A stretch of DNA of 64,000 nt from the human T2T-CHM13v2.0 reference genome, Homo sapiens: the NCBI RefSeq assembly GCF_009914755.1, contig NC_060925.1; one strand, 5' to 3'. The translations under genes were made by a program, and so were the position numbers. The notes under the pieces are model-generated. The model was not told the origin of the DNA. It saw only the letters and a list, made by a program, of their open reading frames with translations, and searched no databases. Positions 25,673 through 39,694 of this stretch are shown piece by piece; position 1 is the first letter of the stretch; each line of letters begins with the position of its first letter.

Positions 25673-28089
25673 TGACTCTATGGCTGTCGACTAACACTCT
25701 AATCTGACTCACTGGGGTTCCAATTCTGGCTCTGCCACTTGCTGTGTGGCCTCTTCCGGGCATTTCCCTCGCTGAGGCTCACTCTCCCTCCAGTGACGCC
25801 TGCCCCGATGCACATCCTGGAGCAGGTGCCCAACTGAACGTCAGCTCCCTCCAACCTCTATGGACCAGATGCTTCGGGGATGAGGGCAACTGCCTGGGCA
25901 CATAGGGCTGAGGGAAAGCATGGCAGAGGCCTGGAACAGCCTTCTGCTTTACCTTGGGTGCCTGAGGGGCATGTGGTACCTGCTCCGTCATCCAGGGGGG
26001 CTGGCAGCCCCCCGGACACAGGACAAGGCTGGCTGGTTGTGTTCAGAGCCATGACAGCAGCAGTGCCTCCTCCCACCCATGCACAGAACACCCGGAAGGA
26101 TGGATTCCTGTGAGGGACAATGACAAGGGGTTGCTGGTATGTTCATCAGAAACAAGTTCTTCTCTTGCCCCCGTCCCTTACTAAGCAGGTCTCTCTTCAC
26201 CTCTTTAAGCCTCAGTCCTCATCTGTGAAATGGTGCTAAAATACTATCTCACAGGCCGGTGTGGTCCAAGAGAATTTGTAGGAACGATTGGCCTATTGAT
26301 AGGTGCTCATTTAAATCTGGCTTCTCCTCTTTCCTGGGGAACACACATATCTAGGATGAAGAAGTGTTGAGGTTGAAAATTAAAAGTTCACATTGATTGG
26401 GCACCTCACCCTGGCAGGCCATGGGATGCAGCGTTTTGTTTTTAAATATTTCATTTGGTCCTCAGCTCCTGGAGGAGTCTGAAGCTGGGAGGTCAAGGCA
26501 CAGGAACAAGACGCTAAGGTTGGGATCTGAGCCCAGCGCCTGTCCAGCTCCAGGGCACTGTGCAGTGGTAGTTATGGCCAGGGGCTTGGGAGTCAGAGGT
26601 GTGGGACTAAAACCCAGTTTGTTCATTTCCTACTGGCATGTTAGTTACTTAACCCATTGGTGTCAGTTTCCTCCTTTGTAAAATGGGAGTAACAGCACCT
26701 ACTTTATGAGACTTCCATGAGGATCCGAGGCCATGATGCCCGAAGCATTTAGCCCAATGCCTGGCACACAGCCTGCATTCAAACAATGGTGGCTCTTGTT
26801 ATTTACTAATCTGGCCCCTAAACAGAACACCCAGGAAGTAAGACGATGAATGGGTCGGGGACGAACTAGTGAAAATGAAGACTCTCTGGAGAGGGTGGGT
26901 CTGCCTCCTGCCACTTCCCCTGACTCCCCCCGCCAGGAGCTCTGGGTCAGCCTGGTGGCCTGCAGCCAGCACAGGTGGCCCCTCATTTCCTTAGAGGGCA
27001 TGCTCCACTGGCGGCCCGTGGGACAGTGGTGGCAGGGACATCCGGCCTCAGTCAAATGGTTCACGCTCCAAGCCCTGGCCCTGGCCACAGCAGGGAAATG
27101 AAGGGGCTCCTTGGGCCACCGCAGACACAGGGACTTATTGTGGTGACCATGCAAAGAGGCCTCAGGTCCCCGAGCAGGCACTGGGCCCTCAAGAGCCACC
27201 AGCCCCAAGTCTAGGGGACGAGGTAGAGGAGAGAGAACAGGGTAAGCAACAGCTTTGAGTCACCCCTAGTCCAAAAGGAGGCAAAGGTGACAGGTTGAGG
27301 AAGGTTGGATAAAATAATATTAGGAGAGGAGGAGCTTGGAAGTCAGGAGCCCAATGGAGCAGGTGGCGAAGAGCGTGGGCCGTGGGCAGCTGCAGACCCG
27401 GGTGCAAGCCCGAGCCTTCCTCCTAACCAGCTGCGTGAGCTTGAGCTAGTTATCCCACCTCTGACCTCTGTGGGTCCTGCCACAGTTACCTGGTAAGGTC
27501 ACTGCCAAGGCTCTAAGTGACCAGGTAGGTAAAGCATTTAGTAATTAGCCAACTCTGTCTCAGTGTGATCTTAAGCAAGTCACACCAATGGTTCAAACAC
27601 ATCCACAGCCTGCTGGTCCCACGACTATAAATGCAGTTGCCACCCTTCCCTTCTGTGCTCCAGCCTGGGGCACTCTGGGTATTGCCTATTGTCCCTGGAG
27701 GTGTCAGTGTGGTTTACAAAACAGCCCCTTTTACATCATGGGCAGGTGGGAACAGGCCAGGTCACATGTTTCCACCCCTCCACAAGTCACCTGGCCTGCA
27801 TGGGCTAGGGCCCACAGACCTGGGCTCAAGCTAACTGGCTGCAGTGGCTCCTCTCAGTCATCGTTTGGCCAGCTGAGCGTGTCTTTCCAAGACAGCAGTC
27901 ATATGTGCCTTCTTGTGGCTGTACCAGGAACGAATCCTTCCCCAACAGACCAGGGTTTACGTCTCAGCAATACCATACCCCCAGGAAGGCCCCTGACCTC
28001 TGTACCTAAATTTCCTTCTCTCCAAAATGGGAGGGTGGCAGAATTCCTTCCAAAGGCTGTTGTAAGGAAACATACTGGGCCTTCAGCAC

Positions 28090-28836
<747 letters not shown>

Positions 28837-29209
28837 TTATGGGTAATATTTTTGAATCATCATGTGTCTGGCACTATTCTAAGCATGTGGAAGTGTTAAC
28901 TCATTCAATTCTCATGATGACCCATGGCGGGGAGAGGGGGCGGTTACCCCATCTTATGGATGAAGAGATGGAAGGTCAGAGAGGTTGCATAACTTTGTGG
29001 CAATCATCTGGCTGGCGGGGGGGCAGTGAGCCAGGATGTGAACCCAGCCCCACCGCCTCCAACAGACAATTTCAAACATCAGCACCTACTGTTCCTTCTG
29101 TCACACTGAGAGCACTGTGCCCATGACCAGGTGACACACTGGCAATGACACCAGACTTAAAAGATGTTGGCTGCCCCCACCATCCCCTCCAGAAAGACCA
29201 TCCACCACT

Positions 29210-30628
29210 GTGATTAAGTAACAGGCATTTTATTGGGTGGCATCTGAGCAAATCCCATTGCCACCTCACAGTGTAGAACCAGTAGAACTAAGAATACTCC
29301 AGCCTGTGCCCCCACCCAGCCACCTGCCCCGGCCCCTCATGGGAAATGACACATATCCTGGAAGGACACAGAACCCACACCCAGCCCAGCTGGCACCAGC
29401 ACCCACCCCCATCCATGGGCCAGTGGCACTTGGGGAATGGCCACACCAGCTCCGGGTGGGGTCCCATGCAGGCATCCTGGAGGAAGACCCAACACTTTCA
29501 CAGTCCCCTAAGAACCATCCTTGAAAGTCATGCTTTACAGATCTCTGACCACTCAGAATCCAAGCAGGAGGCATCTGTGGGAGGAATCGTGGTCACAGAT
29601 TGGCTGCGTCAAAAAAAGAATGGGCCAGTGAGGGACTGGTCCACACAGAGCCACTCCCAGGCAGAGGAGGATTCTACAGGCAACGTCCTCGGCCCATGCT
29701 GACGAACCCAAGGCCAGGCCTCTGGGGGCTGGGAGAAGGGAGGGCCAATGTCTGCCTTGGCCTGTGTCACCATGGCACAGTGGTGGCTGAGCTCCTGCAG
29801 GGAAATCCCAGACCCTGAGACTGGCTCTAGGAGTGGAGGTCTCTACAGGTAGGGCCTGAGGATCAAAGGGAAGGCTGACATAGGACGAAGGCCCATCCAA
29901 GGTTTTCCAGAATCACGGCCTAAACCGGCAGGACCATCCCATCCCACGCCTTGGCAGGTGGCCTCCAGCGGCCCCCCAACCCCGCCATGTGGTGCAGACC
30001 GGGAATCACACAGGCCTCGGCCAAACACAGGCACCTGGAGTAAGGCATGCCAGCATCTAAGGTGTGTGGCTGGGGACAGGGGCCTACTGGCCCAGGTGGG
30101 TCTGGGCAAAGATACAGTGAGGAAGGTAGACAGCCCAGACCAGAGAGGGCAAGGCCAGCTGGTGCCCCCTGTGCCCCACAGGTCAGTCTGAGTTACACTT
30201 TACCCTGGACACCTGGAGGGGCAGGGATCAAGGCCAGGAGCCTCTGTGAGTGGTGAGGTTTGCCAAGGGGCCCAGAATGGCCTCCTTTTCCCCAAAGGAT
30301 CCCAAGAGCTGCTCCATCTCCTTTCCCCAGGTCCCTGAGCCACTGGGCCCAGTGGAGGGCAGAGGGAGAACCTGCCAGGCACCAGGGTCATACCTCCCAC
30401 ATGGCCGATGGGATAAGGGGTAGTGGCCATGTTCCTCCCCAGCACGATCTCAAACCAGAGCCTGAGGCATGGGAGAGGCCAGAATACAGTGGTAAGAAGG
30501 GAGTCAAGCCCGGATTATAGAAAGGCAGCTGTGCATGAAGAAGGGGTGGAGGGGCTGGAGTGGGGTCTGTGCAGTGAGGTCGGCCACCTGGACGGACAGA
30601 CAGCTGGACGGTGGAGCCCGAGAGGGGC
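29210..30628 (-). other. ALDH4A1: ALDH4A1 3' UTR (about 1.4 kb)
   Basis: Runs from the stop codon to the first canonical AATAAA (29229-29234). Cleavage position is estimated. Confidence 0.8.
29229..29234 (-). terminator. ALDH4A1: ALDH4A1 polyadenylation signal AATAAA
   Basis: tttatt on the + strand, with GU-rich sequence (gtggtggatggtctttct) downstream on the - strand. Confidence 0.8.
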
Positions 30629-30741
30629 TCACTGCATGTACGCGTAGCTCCAGTCCCCCAGGGGCTTATGTGTCTCCTTGATGACCTGCGGCGACGTCCA
30701 GCGCAGGATGTAGTGTGGGCCCCCTGGCTTGTCATTGGTTC
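30629..30741 (-). CDS. ALDH4A1: ALDH4A1 exon 15, coding part including TGA
   Basis: ccgcag|GA ACC AAT ... ATG CAG TGA, 113 nt. The 15 exons sum to 1692 nt = 563 codons plus stop. Confidence 0.97.
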
Positions 30742-31060
30742 CTGCGGAAAAGACACTTCTGTTTTTCTCTGAAAAGATGCAACAGCCTGGGCAGAAGGGG
30801 AAGGGAGGAGATGATGGAATCAACGGACCAGCAGTGTAGCGGCCAGCAGCGAGCCTGCTGCCAAGCTTGGGGCATGCAGAAGAGCCAGAGGGATGGACAG
30901 GAGACCCTGCCTCCAGTCTCCAGTCTGTGGGGAGCCTCCATTGTTCTCTCCAGTCGCACCCAGCCTTGCATCCTTGCTGGGATGCGAGGATGTCTAAGAG
31001 GCAGGGTGTGGCGTGGAGAGAACACTAGACTGAGAGGCAGGGACTTGGCATGGTCCTGGG

Positions 31061-31852
31061 GTGCCATAAGAGGTACATATCTAGCCTTCACCCCTGGTTC
31101 CTAGCCAGAATTCCTAAAGCTCTTGGAATTTCCAGAGTGATGGGGGTGAAAGGAGTGTCTTCCGTTATTCATAACAAGCCCCTTCTAATCACACATGAGT
31201 TTATGCTAATGAGGGCTCTTGCAGGATGGCACTGATTGGCAAAGGAACCAACCCTGTGATTAGAGGCTTGGAACCTTCAGCCCCAGGGAGGGCAGAGGGG
31301 CTGGAGGTTGAGTCGACCCCAATGGCCAATGATTGAATCAATCGTGCCTGTGTAATGCAGCCTCCATAAAAACCTAAAAGGACAGGGTCGGGAGAGCTTC
31401 CAGATTGGTGAACACGTCCACATGCCAAGGGGGTGGCACAGCCCGAACTCCAGGGGGACGGCGGTGCCCCTGCCGGGGACCCTTCCAGTCTTTGCCCTAT
31501 GTGTCTGCGCATCTGGCTGTTCATCTGTATCCTTTAAAATACCCTCTGCAATACATGGGTAATAGTAAGCACGCTTCCCCTCGGTTCCGTGAGCTGTTCT
31601 AACAACGTATCAAAACTCAAGAGGGCATCATGGGAGCTTCTAATGCGTCGCAAAGTCAGACAAGGTGTGGGTAACCTGGGGTCCCAGTACTTGTGATTGG
31701 CATCTGAAGTTGGGGGGTCAGTCTTACGGGACTGAGTTCTTAACCTGTGGGGTCTGCACTAACCCCAGGCAGTGAGCATCAAGTTAAACTGTAGGACACC
31801 CAGCCAGCATCCATCAAGAGCTGGAGAACTGGTCGGTGTGGGAAACCCCAGC
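31061..31852 (+). mobile_element. MER21-type LTR in ALDH4A1 intron 14 (antisense to the gene)
   Basis: cttggaatttccagagtgat...gagtttatgctaatgag...cctccataaaaacc...aactgtaggacacccagc match the recalled MER21 consensus. Confidence 0.7.
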
Positions 31853-32246
31853 ACGCCTGGGTTCAGCCCTGGCTCTGCCACTCAGGAGCAGTCACCTTTG
31901 GCAAGCCATTGCTCCTCCTGAGCCTCAGTTCCCCATTGTGAAGTAGAGGTTGTTGGACTTAAGGGACACTGGCTATGGTGCAGAAAGTGCGGCTGCTGGA
32001 GCCAAAATTACAATCCCACCAGGGTCATGTGGCCTTGAGCCTCAGTTTCCTCCTCTGTAAAATGGGAAGAATAGTCCCTTTGCTCACGAGTTTGCTGAAA
32101 GGACCCTGAGCTAGTGCACTTGCTTGGCCCACAATAAGTGCTCAGTAAATGGTATCCTTCCTATTACTCTGAAGCCCCTCGAGACGTAACATCTAGGGTC
32201 TCCCACCAGGAACTCAGCTCCCCTGTGGGAAGGGGGACCCACTCAC

Positions 32247-32365
32247 CAGAGGCTCGGGCCCCCCCAAAGGGCTGCTGGCCCACTATCGAGCCAGTGGACT
32301 TGTCGTTGATGTAGAAGTTGCCGGCAGCATTCCTCAGCACCTTTGTGGCCTCCTGCACGACGTCC
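32247..32365 (-). CDS. ALDH4A1: ALDH4A1 exon 14
   Basis: ttgtag|G GAC GTC ... TCT G|gtgagt, 119 nt, ...GNFYINDKSTGSIVGQQPFGGARAS. Confidence 0.97.
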
Positions 32366-33165
32366 CTACAAAGCAGAGCAGTGGTGACAGAGCAACCAGC
32401 TCATCTCCCCTCCAGCCCCAGCTCCAGCCTCAACACCCCTGCTCCAGCCCACACTGGCTTTCCAGGTTCAACAGGAGGCCGAGTCAGGGATGAGGGATGC
32501 TGCCAGCTGTTGGCTGTGGGCCTTCGGTCAGGTTACCCAGTCTCTGAGCCCAGCTTCCTCCTCTGGGGAGGGGCTTGGCACGCCTCGTTACAGGGCTACT
32601 GCGAAGTTGAAGGGAGTGGCCTGTCCTGGTCCAATGTTCCTGTCCCTCAGGAGCAGCGGAAACTCCAGCTCCCAGGCCCACACCCTTCCTCCCTCTCCAA
32701 GCTCACCTCCACTTTCTCATAGAGGCAGACATGGGGGCAACCAGTGCCACGGAGGAAAGAAGAGGCGAAGCCTCAAGTTTAGCCTCATGTGACCCAGGTT
32801 CGAATCCTGCCTCTGCAGCCCCTGGCCTGCCCTGCTTTGTAGCATGGGACAATCACCTCACTCAGTGGGGCAACACCAGATCCCGCAGAGCCAGTCGAAG
32901 ACACCAATTCCTAGCCCTGCCCCTAGAGGTTCAGATCCACTGGTCCCCAGTGGCACCCTGGCACCGGCACCACCAGTACCGGCAACAAAGAGCCTGCTGC
33001 TGTGGGCCCATGTGGCGAGCCCTGGCTGCCTGTCTGGGCTGAGGGGAGGGGACAGAGAGAAGGTAGGGGCAGCATTATTACTGGGAACCACGTCCAGGAG
33101 GTGGGGATGGGGACACGGACAGGACACCCGGAGCACAGCACCAGGGCTGCGGCCTGGCCACTCAC

Positions 33166-33287
33166 TTATCCTGGGAGAACACTGCCCCCGTGAGGCCATA
33201 GCTGGTGGTGCTGTCAACCAGCTGCAGCGTCTCCTTGTACTTGTCATCCGGGTAGACGTACACAGACAGTACAGGCCCGAAGATCTC
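33166..33287 (-). CDS. ALDH4A1: ALDH4A1 exon 13
   Basis: tcctag|GAG ATC TTC GGG CCT ... GAT AA|gtgagt, 122 nt, EIFGPV and YGLTGAVFS ALDH motifs. Confidence 0.97.
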
Positions 33288-34098
33288 CTAGGAGAGAGGC
33301 CCCGGCGTCAGACCCTCCACGGGACCAGGGACCAGGGCCCTGAGCCCTCCCAGTGCCCCTGCTCTGGCTCACCCTCTCCCCAGTCCCTGGGCCTCAGTTT
33401 ACACTTCAGTGTCTGCAAGAAGGGTCAGGTGTCGCCTCCTCCTGGGTTCCCTCCAGGACAGCAACGTGCCCAGCTCCCTGTCCTGTCCATCCCACCACAA
33501 GCCGGCAAAAGATGCAAACATTTTCTGGCTCTCCCTGCCAAACCCACACCCGGAGAACTAAGGGTCCAGGTCCCAGAGGCTTCCAGCAGCAGCTGGCATG
33601 AGAGTTGCCCAGAGATACCATTCCCTCCAGAAGGGTTCATGGTTCCCTCTGCCACCAAGGGGCTGGGGGGAAGATCTTCTCAGGCACACTCCAGCCCTGC
33701 ACTACCAACTTGGGCAAGTGCCTTGACCTCAGTTTCTCATCTGTAAAATGGGAACAGTAACACCCACGTCATCTCAGCCAAGTGCTCAGCCACAGCTGGC
33801 CCCACAGTAAAAGTCTATCAGTGTCAGCCATTATGATGGCTGCAGTGGACGTGGTTGCTGAGGGCACTGGAAATGCTCAGACCCCAGCCAGGGTCAAGGA
33901 CACAGCCCCGGATTTGGAGTTAGGCAGCCTGAGCTCAAAACCTGGCTCTACTCTCTCCCGGTCGGAGGCATTCCCTTTTAGGGTCTCCCTTTAGGGCCTC
34001 ATCTGTGAAATGGGAGAATGTCTCCAGGAGAACTGTGTGTGTGCTGTGCTCCGGTGGGACTGTCCTCCTCTGGACCCCAGGCTGCCCACCCCAGTCAC

Positions 34099-34251
34099 CT
34101 CCTTCATGATGGGCTCCTGAGGGTCCTTGCTCTCCACGATGCAGGGCTCCACAAAGTAGCCCACGGAGTCATCACACTTGCCCCCGGCCAGGATGGTGAG
34201 GCTGGGTGAGGAGCGTGCGTGCTCCAGCCACTTCTTGATACGGGCAAAGGA
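34099..34251 (-). CDS. ALDH4A1: ALDH4A1 exon 12
   Basis: ccccag|TCC ... GAG|gtgact, 153 nt, SFARIKKWLEH...GYFVEPCIV...PIMKE. Confidence 0.97.
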
Positions 34252-34443
34252 CTGGGGTGGGCAGGGAGGAGGGAGGTCTAAGAGGCTGGGAAGGCATCCC
34301 TGCGGCAGCCCCCACAACACACTCACCCCGAAACACCTGCACCTGAAGGGCCCAACTCCTGAAACAGGGGCAGGGGTAGGGGACGCCAAGGGCAAAAGCC
34401 AGGGTCTGGCTGAGCCACAGAAGAGACAAGGACAGACATGAAC

Positions 34444-34445
<2 letters not shown>

Positions 34446-34482
<37 letters not shown>

Positions 34483-34489
34483 ACACACA
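34446..34489. repeat. (TG)17 microsatellite followed by an inverted (AC)4 run
   Basis: Read directly from sequence; lies in ALDH4A1 intron 11. Confidence 0.95.
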
Positions 34490-35007
34490 AGTGTACGTGT
34501 GTTAGTACTACAGGTGCACTCGCATATAAACATAGACACACATCAATCAATGCATATATAGGCATATGCATGGTCACATGTCTAAGCATGTAGGGATCTG
34601 CATGCCTTCTCCATGTACATGCGTGTGGGTGGACTTATCGACATATGCGTGTGTGTGCTTATGTGCAAATGGATATGTACGTGTTTATATGGAAAGACCT
34701 ACATGTGGAGCCACACGGAGCCCTATATGAACACATTCACAAACACACGTGTACATGCACTCATGCAAATGCTATTAGGAGCTCGCTGAGCCTGGTTCCA
34801 GGGTGGCCGCAAGATGAGCTCTTGTCTGGCTACGGCTGATTCTGCCCTTTCTGAAGCTGGAGGTGCGTGTGTGGCTGCTGAGCTGCCTTGATCAAAGCAG
34901 TGGGGCTGGGTCATGCCCTGGGTCAGGGTACCCTGTATCTCTTCCTCCCTCTTCCACCCACTCCAGGGCTTGCCCCCACCCAGGAACGCCCACTTCCCAC
35001 CCCGTAC

Positions 35008-35485
<478 letters not shown>

Positions 35486-36764
35486 CTACGCCATCCATGG
35501 CCCGGGACCAACACGAGCACGGAGCAGCCCAGAGCGGGCGGAGGCTCAGAGTGAGCGCTGGCCAACATCCCAGAGACCCACGGGCCAGGCCCATTCTCCC
35601 ACTCCACAGATGAGGAAACTGAGGCCCAGGGAGGGGTGAAGGGCATCAGAGGTGATCAGGTCCAACAGCCCCATTACACTGATGGGAAAACTGAAACTAC
35701 CCAACACAACAGCAGAGGACAGATGAGAACCCAAGGCCCCCGAGAGCCAGCCATTCCCAGAAGTGGGCACAGCTTTTTGTGAGGTTCTCCTGAGCCCTCG
35801 TCCACGAGGGACATTGGAGCCTACCCTATGTCGGCTGCCAGGGTTGGGCCCCTCCTCCCCACGCGTGCTGGAAACCGCTCCCCCATTTCCCCAGTGGGAG
35901 GGAGCTTCAGACAGGTCACTTCACTCTCCCGGCCTCAGTTTCCTCCCTCCATGGGAAGCAGCAGCTAACAGCAGCTGAAAGCACTTAACAGCTGCCCAAC
36001 TCTGGACGAAGTACGCTGTGCTTTGTCTGACCAAAGCCTCACAACAACCTCCCATTACTATCCCCAATTTCAAGCCAAGAAAACTGAGGCACAGAGAGAT
36101 GAAGTCACCTGCTCCAGGTTGGAAAGTGGTAACCAGCGGCCTCTCTCCCTCAGGGAGGCAGGGAAGGAGGCTCTGAGAGCAGAAAGCCACACAGCTGACC
36201 CTGAGGAGCGCTCACCTTCCCTGACACCCCCATCCGAACTCCCACCAGTCCAGGAACAGGGTCCAGACTCCCCAGTGGGCCCCAATTCACGCCACAGAGA
36301 AACATGCTGGACCACCGGTCCCAGCTCTGCTGGTCACGTGCTGGCTGCAACTCTCCCTCCCTCTAGGCCTCAGCACATTCCCAAAATGTGCTCCACAAAA
36401 CACTTGGTCCATGGGGGTCTTTGCAGAAATGGGGTTCCATGGCCCAATGAGTGTGGGAAACACTACATGGCAGACCTTGTCCTTGAAGATGTGCCATGCG
36501 TATTAGAGCATTCAAGGCTCTGAGAAGTTCTGCACGGGAGGAGTCCATTTTGCTTTAACACCATACATGCCAAATTTCCTTGACCATGAAACTGTTTCTT
36601 TGTGGGAAAACTTTAATATGCCAACAAGGTCCAGCCCTGCCTACGTCTCAGCCCGTCTTCTCCTACCAGCCCTCCTCCCTCCCTACTCATGGGCCTTGCT
36701 TTGTTTCTTCAAATACAAGTTCATTCCCACTTCTGGTCTCTGCATTTGCACTTGCCTCCGCTTA

Positions 36765-36976
36765 CAGCTGCAATGCCCGACACGGCAGCCACCAGCCACG
36801 ACTGGCTACTAAGATATAACTTAATTAAAATGAAAGAAAACTAGATAATGCAGTTCCTCAGTCGCACAGGCCACCCTTCAAGGGCTCCATGGCCATGTGT
36901 GGCTGGTGGCTGCATATTGGAGAGTGAAGGTACTGGACGCATCCCTCATCACAAAAAGTTCTACTGGGCAGTGCTG
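36765..36976. mobile_element. MER3/MER33-type hAT MITE fragment
   Basis: cagttcctcagtcgcac...catgtgtggctggtggct...aaagttctactgggcagtgctg. Confidence 0.6.
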
Positions 36977-37099
36977 GTGCCTGAAATGGTTCATCCACCT
37001 GACTTGTGGCTGGATCCCCTCTACCTCCCTCCTCTTTCATAATGGCCAGGGGAGGGGTCCCTGGGGCCACACGGGAGGAGGAGGTGAGGCAGGCCTTAC

Positions 37100-37173
37100 C
37101 TCCAGCCAGGCGTGGGAAGGTGTGGAACCGGTCCAGGTTCTGGGCCACCTGCTTCCACAGGTGTTTGAAGGTG
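37100..37173 (-). CDS. ALDH4A1: ALDH4A1 exon 9
   Basis: ttccag|C ACC TTC ... GGA G|gtaagg, 74 nt, TFKHLWKQVAQNLDRFHTFPRLAG. Confidence 0.97.
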
Positions 37174-39506
37174 CTGGAACCACAGGAGAAAGGGTGGGGT
37201 TCAGGGAGCCAGGCCAGAGGAAGGGGGCGGAAAAGCCCAGGGAGGAGCATTGCCGGGGGCAGCCCAGCAGGAGGTGGGAGCCAAGTCGGGGATGGCGGCT
37301 GGGAACAGGCTGCATTCCAAGACTACGGGGAGCGGGCAACGGGGGGCTAGGCAGCAAGATGCTGCAGAGGAGGTCCATGTTCTGCAGCCAGGAGGACACT
37401 AAGGGCTGTGTGATCCTGGGTTCATTACTTAACCTCTCTGAGCCTCGAATTCTGCACCTCATCTGGGAAACAGGGAGAACAATCCTGACCTGGCAGGGTT
37501 GTTTTGTGATGAGTTCAAGTGTGAGGCATGTGCTTAAGACATGCTGGGCACACTGCAGGTACCTGGCAGGGAACAGACCCCGCTGTGGTCTGCGAAGGAT
37601 CCCCCCCAAGCCCAGCGCCCAGGCCTGAGAGGCCAAACCGAGGAGAGTCCTGGGAGAGGGAGCTCAGGCCCCGCCCGAAGCCACCACCCTGGAGGGCCTC
37701 GCCTCCTCCCCAGGCTCCAAGTGTGACCAACCTCAGCACCACAAAACAATAAAAATGCTAATCACCCGGGAGCCAGCGACACAGTAGCTAATACTAATTT
37801 ATGGCCTTCCCACCTTTAAGCCCGCTGCTCATCAGAGCGTGGAGAATGGGGTCCAGGCCCGCTCCGCCCGCTGATAGGCGGGGAGCCCAGGGGCCCGTGG
37901 CTGGCAGAGCAGGCCTTTTGGAAAACGGCCCTTCTCAGCAGTTCTAACGCTGCCACCACCCACTCCCACCCCCAGCAAAGCTGCGGGGAAGGGGGTGGCA
38001 GAGCCTGGGGCCTGGAAGAGGAGGTAAGAAGGACCCTGAGCTGCAGACCCGGCGTCTGGCTGCCTCCAGGCATCTCCACCCAGATAACACCCGAAGTGAC
38101 CAACAGGAGATTCATCTTCCCCCGAGCCCGCTCGCCCTCCCAGGTGCCCATCTTGAACATTCTCGCTGACAACCCCCCTCATCCCCACACGCACCCCAAC
38201 CCCAACTCCAGGACAGGCAATGGCCACTGTGCCTCCCTGCATCCTTCTCACCTGAACCTGCCCCCTTCTCCACATCCCCCATCTCTCCCCTGGTTCAAGC
38301 CCCTACCACCCCTCCCTGGAGGTCAACAGTCCCTGGCCAGTCTCCTGCATCAGGTCACAGAGAGATCACTGAGAATGAGGGTGCCAACACAGGGGCCCAG
38401 AGGAGCCAGCAGGGAAAGGAAACAGCGTGGATCAGGTATGCAGGGAGCCAGAGGGCACCCACCCACTTCCAGCCAGTGGTACCACCAGGAAATGCAAGAT
38501 CAGAGCATCCAGGTCCAGGGGACCAAGACAGGCCAATATTTGGATTTATCTATGAAATTGTCCCAATTATACAAAGTTGGGCCATCACTGTTAGGAGTCA
38601 AAGAAAGTAGAGCCTCTTGCCAGATCCAATTTGGGGGCCATTATTTGCAATCTCTGCCTGACACAGAACTCTGACTCAGCCACTCTCCCTGCTTGAAGCC
38701 TTCCATGGCTCCCATCACCTTCAGGATAAAGGCCAGACACCTTTGCAGACTCCTAAGTATCTTATGGTCACTGAACCACTCCCTGCCGCCACCTCCAGCC
38801 TGAGAGCCGGGACCTTGTCCCTGGTGTGTGCTCACCACTGAGCCTTAGTGTGAGCTCCAAATTTCCTGCTCAGCCAGTGAGTGCATGGATGGTCGAGATC
38901 AGGTAGTGGCCTGCCTCCCCTACCTCAACTCAAACCATGCCCTGCCCTCACTCTCTTGCCCTGTCGCCCCCAAACTCCACACTCCAGCCACACAGGATCC
39001 TGCCATGCCCCAGAGCACAAGTTTTTGGCTTGGCAACATTGTATGTGCTATTCCCTCTCCCAACATATATATTCTTCTCCTGCCTCTTCCCCTCTGCCTG
39101 GCCAACTCCTCTGCTTAGATGTCACCTCCTCCAGGAAGGCTTCCTGACTCCTCCAGTTCATTCTGTGCTCCCCTGTGCCCTTTCCAGTAGCAGAGGTAGC
39201 ACTGAAATCAATATTACCCACAGCTGTAGGGTGCACTTCCAGTCTGCGAAGCTCTTTCCTGTTCATTAACATGTTTAATCCTTGCAATGACTCTGCAAAT
39301 TAAGGATAATCACTCCCTGTACAGGTGAAGAAATGGAAGCTCAGAGAGGTGAAGTGGCTCACTCATAGCCACACAGCAAGTAAGGGAGTAGAGTCCGTGC
39401 ATGACCCCTGGGTTCACAGCCCCATCCCCAGGCAGACAGCAGGTGAGCAGGGTTGCCTGTGAACGTCCCCTAGCCACCACAGCCTACACCATCCCCAGGG
39501 ACTTAC

Positions 39507-39694
39507 GGCACACTGCCTGTGAAGTTGATGCCACAGAGGTGCTCTGAGCTGGTGACAGTGTCCCCAAATAGGGGCCCATCAGCTGGCACAAACTGGATGA
39601 TGTTGGGGGGCAGGCCAGCCTCCCGAAGGATGCGGTAGACAGCATAGCTGGCCAGCATGGCAGTGTCACTGGGCTTCCATAGGACCACGTTGCC
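39507..39694 (-). CDS. ALDH4A1: ALDH4A1 exon 8
   Basis: gggcag|GGC ... GTG CC|gtaagt, 188 nt, GNVVLWKPS...FTGSVP (NAD-binding motifs). Confidence 0.97.

Noticed and set aside
33285-33290. TAG-GAG tandem acceptor that could delete Glu447 of the EEIFGP motif
   Set aside because: GAG is a very rarely used acceptor, and nothing in the sequence supports its use.
32844-33746. 300-aa + strand ORF (also 36897-37628, 40562-41422, 46238-46879)
   Set aside because: GC-rich antisense frames across ALDH4A1 exons and introns, with Pro/Gly/Ser-biased composition and no recognisable homology.
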